Positions 59,591 through 64,000 of a stretch of DNA of 64,000 bases are shown here, piece after piece. The position numbers and the translations under genes were made by a program. The number at the start of each line of letters is the position of its first letter. Within the stretch, counting starts at the first letter, position 1. Under the pieces are notes generated by a model. That model ran no database searches. It worked only from the letters and a program-made list of their open reading frames with translations, and was not told where the DNA came from. Origin of the DNA: the human T2T-CHM13v2.0 reference genome, Homo sapiens; assembly GCF_009914755.1 (NCBI RefSeq), contig NC_060931.1. One strand, written 5' to 3'.

Positions 59591-60552
59591 TAAAATCCTA
59601 AAAAAAGAAATAAATTATCATTAATCACTATTAGCTCACTTATTTCTCTAAGTAGTTCTATTTTTGTTAAAAGTAACAATCATTTGTCTTTATGATACGA
59701 AGACATAACCAGAAGAATGAGAATATTTATATTTTAGCTTTTCCTGCCTTTGACATCTAAAGGAATTTAGATTTGTTTTTGAAATCATCCCAAATGTACA
59801 TATGTTAACAAGCTGATAGTCTTTTTGGATATCACTTTACCAGTACTTCTAATGTAGCTTCATTTAAAATGCACTAAGATGGAATCATGTTTTCTCCATT
59901 CACCCTGCGACCCAGCACTGTTGCTACTTACCACATTCTGTCCTGACCATCTCCTGATGCCTACTATCAAGCACATGGAATCTATTTCCTGTCGAAACCT
60001 CTGCAGTGTAAAATGTCATAATCTTCCTTCTACAATTAACTTCATAAGAAGGTGAGAATAACTATTAAAATTTAGCAAATCTTTCTTCTTCAGCAGCAGC
60101 CCGAGAGCTCTATATAGTATTTCCATATCAGCAGAAGGTCCCACTCTCCTGCAGTTTTCCCTTAGGAATGTCCAACTGATAGCTGTTTCCTGTCAAGAAG
60201 GGGCATTAGGAAGCTTAGAAGGTTTTTAAGATGGAAATTTTGGTTTAACAGAGTGGTCCAAGAACATATATCTATATTATATATATTATATTTTTAACAA
60301 ATATCATTTATATGTAAAGGAGATAAACAAAACCGAATTATACTGTGGTACTGTGGTTCAAATTAAAATACGAACCCTTGAAAGGCGAAGCAGCTGGAAT
60401 ATTGTATTTGTAGTTTCTACAATCTTCAAATCAATTGCTATTTCTGTATGTGAGTGGTTTTATTCATGAGATTGAGGTTGCTAGAGTAAACTGCCTTCTT
60501 TAGGTCATGATCAATTGGATGAACTCTTGTATTAGACCTGTTTTTCCTTTTT

Positions 60553-60853
60553 TTTTTTTTTTTTTTTTTTTTTGACATCAAGTCTCGCTCTGTTGCCCAG
60601 GCTGAAGTGCAGTGGCGCAATCTCAGCTCACTGTAACCTCCGCCTCCTGAGTTCAAGTGATTCTCTTGCCTCAGCCTTTTGAGTAGCTGGGATTACAGGC
60701 ACACGCCACCATGTCCAGCTAATTTTTGTATTTTTAGTAGAGACGGGATTTCACCATATTGGTCAGGCTAGTCTTGGACTCCTGACCTCGTGATCCGCCC
60801 GAGTCGGCCTCCCAAAGTGCTGGAATTACAGGCGTGAGCCACCGTGCCTGGCC
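60553..60853 (-). mobile_element. AluS (Sg/Sx-like)
   Basis: Dimeric Alu; TSD ctgtttttccttttt (60538-60552, 60854-60868). Confidence 0.96.
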
Positions 60854-61109
60854 CTGTTTTTCCTTTTTATCCTCAATCTTGTAATGTGTCTTGTTTTGAG
60901 ATAAATTCAGTGTTCCAGTTCGTTGGTGTTCACACAACCTAGCAAGTGCTCTCAGTAAACATCTGGGAATGAATGAAAGAGCCATTCATAAGTAACGAGA
61001 ACTACCAAACAAGAAAAAATGATGACTAGATTTTTAATGAAAAGTCATTTGTTAAATTGCTTGAGGCATTTTATGTCAATTGCAAGTAGAAAACATTGCA
61101 TTTCCACAA

Positions 61110-61350
61110 AAATAAAAATAGTTTTAAGCATATGCTACCAGGAGCCAGGTATTATGACAATTATTTTACATACATTACATTATCCCATCCGTGCCCCAGC
61201 CTCCAGTGAGGGGCATTGTTATCTCCTACACTAAAGTAAGGATACAAGGGGATGTACAGCTTACTCAATGTTGAAAACTAGTAAGTGTCAGAGCCACGAT
61301 TTGCAATGAATACTCAGGCTCTAGTATATGTGCTTAAACAATTACACGAT
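61110..61350 (-). mobile_element. MIR
   Basis: gccaggtatt...ttttacatacatt; actagtaagtgtcagagcca.gattt. Confidence 0.55.
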
Positions 61351-61570
61351 GCTCCCACTGACATAGCTGCATGTTCAGTAGTATTTCATAATTACTACAG
61401 GTGGTCAGCAAAGTGGCCGTTATAAAGACCACTAACTGGGAACTTTTTTCAGCTTCCTTCAATGATTTTATTTTCTTCCCGACTTCTGTAGAAATCTTAA
61501 TTTTTGTTCTGGCGTAATTGGTTTTATCCCCCCAATGAATTTCACTTGTAATGTGCTGTAATTGTGCTAA

Positions 61571-61889
<319 letters not shown>

Positions 61890-62623
61890 TAATTTTCTTT
61901 TGATGCAATAGTTTACTTGTTAGGTTAATAGTTAAGTTGTTCCTGATGTTTATATTTGGAAAATTGTGAACCTTCTGTCAAACATAAGATTTTAACAGGA
62001 TTATAACATTCAATTATGCCTTTTTAAATATATTTTGAAATTTGTTTTTGCTTTTTCACATCTCTAACCTAATAGGATAATAAGTATAGAAATATTTACA
62101 AATACTTGCTATATATTCTGCCTTTCAGTACACAGTAACAGGAAAAGGTGACAATATCTCACAGATTGCTTCCTCTCAGGGAACATTCAAATTCACTGGT
62201 TATGCAAGAGAAACAGGAAAGGATACAGACTTTATCCTCATGGATCTAGCTGCTCTTAGCTGGTGTTAATAGTAGATTTATATGTGTAAATAGTAGATGT
62301 ATATGTGTAAATAGAGTCTCTGGCGAAAGTTGACCGTCCTGAAAGCTTTATGTTGTTTTCCCATCCGTAAATATTCTTTGGTAACACCTTCTTTGTATTA
62401 TAATTTTCAGAGCAAGCACTACGGCAGATGTTACAACATTTTGTTTTTCTTTGAATTGTCATGTGATATATTACACAGTCATACCTTACTCTGTGCAAGA
62501 ATTTGGATCCTGGAACCAAGTAATAATTTAAATTTAGAAATCTAATAAATATTTTAACTTCATAGCACTGTTTAAAGTTATACACCCATGAATATTTTAG
62601 AACTAAAATGAAGACTTCTTCAT

Positions 62624-62703
62624 TTATATGATTAAAAATTGTACTGTTACTGTACACAGTTGCTTCAACTTATATGATTGAAAATTGTACTGTTACTGTA
62701 CAC
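62624..62703. repeat. 34-bp direct duplication, period 46
   Basis: ttatatgatt(a/g)aaaattgtactgttactgtacac at 62624 and 62670. Confidence 0.9.
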
Positions 62704-62803
62704 TATTGTCAAAACTTCCTTTTGCTTTTAATAAAAAGCAATTTCACCTCACAGGTTTACCTTTCTTTAGCACTTTCATTGAAATAACTGAAATATGTGT
62801 GTA

Positions 62804-62806
<3 letters not shown>

Positions 62807-62842
<36 letters not shown>
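62807..62842. repeat. (GT)n microsatellite
   Basis: Directly visible. Confidence 0.96.
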
Positions 62843-62845
<3 letters not shown>

Positions 62846-64000
62846 TGTATGGGTGTTTTGGAAATCACAGCACATTGTCATCAGTAACCTGAATCTTTGA
62901 GCCGTTCTTGGATTATTAGAAACGGATATGGTTTCATTCATGAGAGAAGGCAACCAGAAAAAACAGTGTGAGGATATTTTTGCCTTGGAAATAAATGTGT
63001 GGGTTTCTGGACACCCAGGAGATCACAGGAAAATCAAGAGTGCCAAGAACTGATCTAGTGCCCCCTCAGGGAGGAACAGAGAACAGCACCCTCACCCAAG
63101 CTTTCCAAAGAGCATTCTTGCTTATTACCTTTAGGATCTTCCATCAGAGGACAGAGGCAGAGAGGAAGTGGAGGTGCATCTCAATTCACTTTAAACACAA
63201 GCTGCCACTGCCAACACAAGTATGCTGCGAAGAAAACATATTCAAACCCACAAATGCCTCCCAAGGAGGAAGGATCCTGTTGAAGTAGCCAGTTAGAGGT
63301 AACTTTGAGTTTCTGCTGGTTCTTTATGTTCCTGACATAATGAATAAAAGGCGTTTTTGTTCTGCTGAGCTTATTCGAGTGATTTAGAGATGAAAGCATG
63401 ATCTTAGAGGTGCGAGCTGGCTTTTGCTACATAATAGAAGATGAAAAATTTAGTAGAGTTGGTGGAGACCCATGGGAAGGTGTGGGTAGAGAGGGAGAAG
63501 GAAAATCAAAGAAAAGAGAAGCAGGCATGGGAAGCCAGCACTATATTAAGAGACTGGGGAGGCTACATGTTAGCTGACATGATAGTGAAATATCCTGGGT
63601 CTTGGGTGTTAAAAGGGCTGTAAACGCAAAGGATGTCTGATACTTAAGTTGTTTTTCTTGCTGTTGTATAAATTCACTCCAAGTCCTGCCACCTTCAAAA
63701 AAAATGGGTCCTCTTCAGAATGCTTAGTTTGTATGTGTTTGTGGTGCTGCTTATTGCCCGTTTATTTTTCCCTTGTATGAAATCAGGGAAAGGGGTTTCG
63801 CTCCCCACCTGAGCTCTGCTTGTATGAAGCAAGAATGAATGTGCTGGACACCAAAATGATCCAACCCTCAATTCAGTAGAAGAAGGAGCTCAGTGACAAG
63901 GCTCCTAGAATGTGAGAATATCTTTTGAGCTTTAATATTTCATAAAATATGGATCAAGCCAATATTTTCTAGATAGTAAGTGGCAGGACATCGCTGTGAC

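Overview
AT-rich, repeat-dense primate genomic DNA, most likely human because it contains an AluYa5 with all five diagnostic bases. I find no protein-coding gene I can name, no RNA gene and no CRISPR array. Most long ORFs in the supplied track come from repeats (L1 ORF2, Alu, THE1 internal, ERVL pol, a GA-rich tract). The first ~45 kb is unusually rich in LTR elements: about 13 ERV1-class LTRs, a near-complete THE1 and ERVL/MLT2 remnants, several of them nested. I see no convincing new biological system. The best second-look items are small: (1) an orphan 188-bp polyadenylated retro-insertion with 16-bp target-site duplications (TSDs) at 2270-2457; (2) a 52-bp local sequence copied into a MER4D-type LTR from 1.15 kb upstream; (3) a tail-less Alu that still has its TSDs; (4) a candidate minus-strand transcript 3' end (51-nt exon, terminal exon, AATAAA; possible 27-aa smORF); (5) a young AluYa5; (6) an Alu-internal 17-bp minisatellite and a two-domain AT-rich VNTR. 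Repeat family names come from recall of consensus sequences, not a database search. Boundaries of old elements are approximate.
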